Shown: piece by piece, positions 63,386 through 64,000 of the stretch
Numbering within the stretch: position 1 is the stretch's first letter
Layout of the letters: each line of letters starts with the position of its first letter
From: a virus
Virus record (IMG/VR): IMGVR_UViG_3300042398_001156
Location: 11,917-75,916 of that record
DNA: 64,000 nt
Reading direction: 5' to 3' (one strand)
Notes under the pieces: model-generated
The model's database searches: none
What the model saw: only the letters and a program-made list of their open reading frames with translations
What the model was told of the DNA's origin: nothing
Program-made: the position numbers and the translations under genes

Positions 63386-63565
63386 CTACTTCATCTTTCG
63401 CAACGTAAGAGCTAATCTAGCTCTCTGCGAATTCTTCGTGTTTCCTTTAGCAAGCTTTTTAAGCGTTGTTACAGGAATTGTTTGTCCTTGTTTAACACCA
63501 GTTGCTTTACGTAATGCACCTGGTTTTTTAACTGCGTCTTGAATCCAATTCTTTTTACTTGCCAT
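63386..63565 (-). CDS. Small basic protein (59 aa, MASKKNWIQDAVKKPGALRK...RARLALTL), not in ORF track
   Basis: Overlaps the upstream stop; recalled as a widespread phage basic protein pattern. Confidence 0.75.
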   Translation of the reverse strand: MASKKNWIQDAVKKPGALRKATGVKQGQTIPVTTLKKLAKGNTKNSQRARLALTLRKMK

Positions 63566-63803
63566 TGGTTCTATACTTCCTAACTTTATTTACTATCGAC
63601 TTAGGTTGTGCAACAAACTGTTTGCCTGCACGATTACCTTGTGCTTTCGCACGATTGGTTGCTGCACGTTCTGATGCACTTAAAGCAGACCACGCTTTTT
63701 CAGGTAGGTATCTTAACTTACCTTCAGAAGGTTTACCGCTTGCGGTACGCCATCGTTGATCTGTCCAACGATCAAGTGAACGTTGACTAGCTTTCTTTGG
63801 CAT
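63555..63803 (-). CDS. Small basic protein (82 aa; DUF5872-related)
   Basis: SQRSL..WT.Q.W...GKPS...RYLP.KAW..LS..E.AAT..AK...GKQFV.QPK. Confidence 0.75.
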   Translation of the reverse strand: MPKKASQRSLDRWTDQRWRTASGKPSEGKLRYLPEKAWSALSASERAATNRAKAQGNRAGKQFVAQPKSIVNKVRKYRTNGK

Positions 63804-63804
63804 A

Positions 63805-63915
63805 TTAGTACATGCCTTTAGACTTTACCATTTTGCCTCGACCAATTTTCTTTTGGTTCCAGACGCCAGATAAAGCTGATCCTTTGTTTTTAAACGGCTT
63901 AGGTGCTTTCATCAT
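63805..63915 (-). CDS. 36-aa basic peptide MMKAPKPFKNKGSALSGVWNQKKIGRGKMVKSKGMY
   Basis: SD GGAGG; ATGA coupling. Confidence 0.55.
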   Translation of the reverse strand: MMKAPKPFKNKGSALSGVWNQKKIGRGKMVKSKGMY

Positions 63916-64000
63916 TTGTATCCTCCACCTTTCTTTTTATATTCACGAGCTAACAATTGTGCTTTACGTGCTGACCATTCACCAGGGTCACCACCCTTCG
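63912..64000 (-). CDS. C-terminus of a DUF5872-like basic protein (5' end outside window)
   Basis: KGGDPGEWSARKAQLLAREYKKKGGGYK*. Confidence 0.75.
   Translation of the reverse strand, partial: KGGDPGEWSARKAQLLAREYKKKGGGYK

Noticed and set aside
1-64000. Alternative genetic code (TGA=Trp or TAG recoding)
   Set aside because: Genes are full length under code 11; TGA, TAG and TAA all end genes at tight junctions

Overview
This window is a 64-kb slice of a low-GC, standard-code tailed phage genome (podovirus-like, N4-gp56-type capsid); no integrase or repressor module is visible. Two transcription arms diverge from a ~0.9-kb non-coding region (19.6-20.5 kb). The + strand arm (20.5-35.1 kb) carries small early genes, a degenerate DprA, a MoxR AAA+/VWA pair, TOPRIM primase, SSB, SNF2 helicase, family A DNA polymerase, PD-(D/E)xK nuclease and a Sak4-like ATPase, and ends in a 79-nt alanine-type tmRNA-like RNA. 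The - strand carries an SF3/D5 helicase, MazG, VRR-NUC, terminase, portal, scaffold, adaptor and tail genes (19.6 kb to the left edge), and basic micro-proteins, major capsid and an 8437-aa giant protein (right edge to 35.2 kb). Top observations: (1) the giant protein has the beta and beta' catalytic motifs of a two-barrel RNA polymerase in order on one chain, plus a DEDD exonuclease-like domain and a hydrophobic N-terminal segment, which suggests an ejected virion RNAP polyprotein; (2) a tmRNA tRNA-like domain with no tag-coding region sits inside a perfect 15-bp processing stem; (3) there are several structured leader RNAs, including a pseudoknot seen twice. TRTG/-10 promoters, strong SD sequences and the DprA type suggest a low-GC Bacillota host (inference). 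All calls come from reading motifs by eye; no database searches were run.
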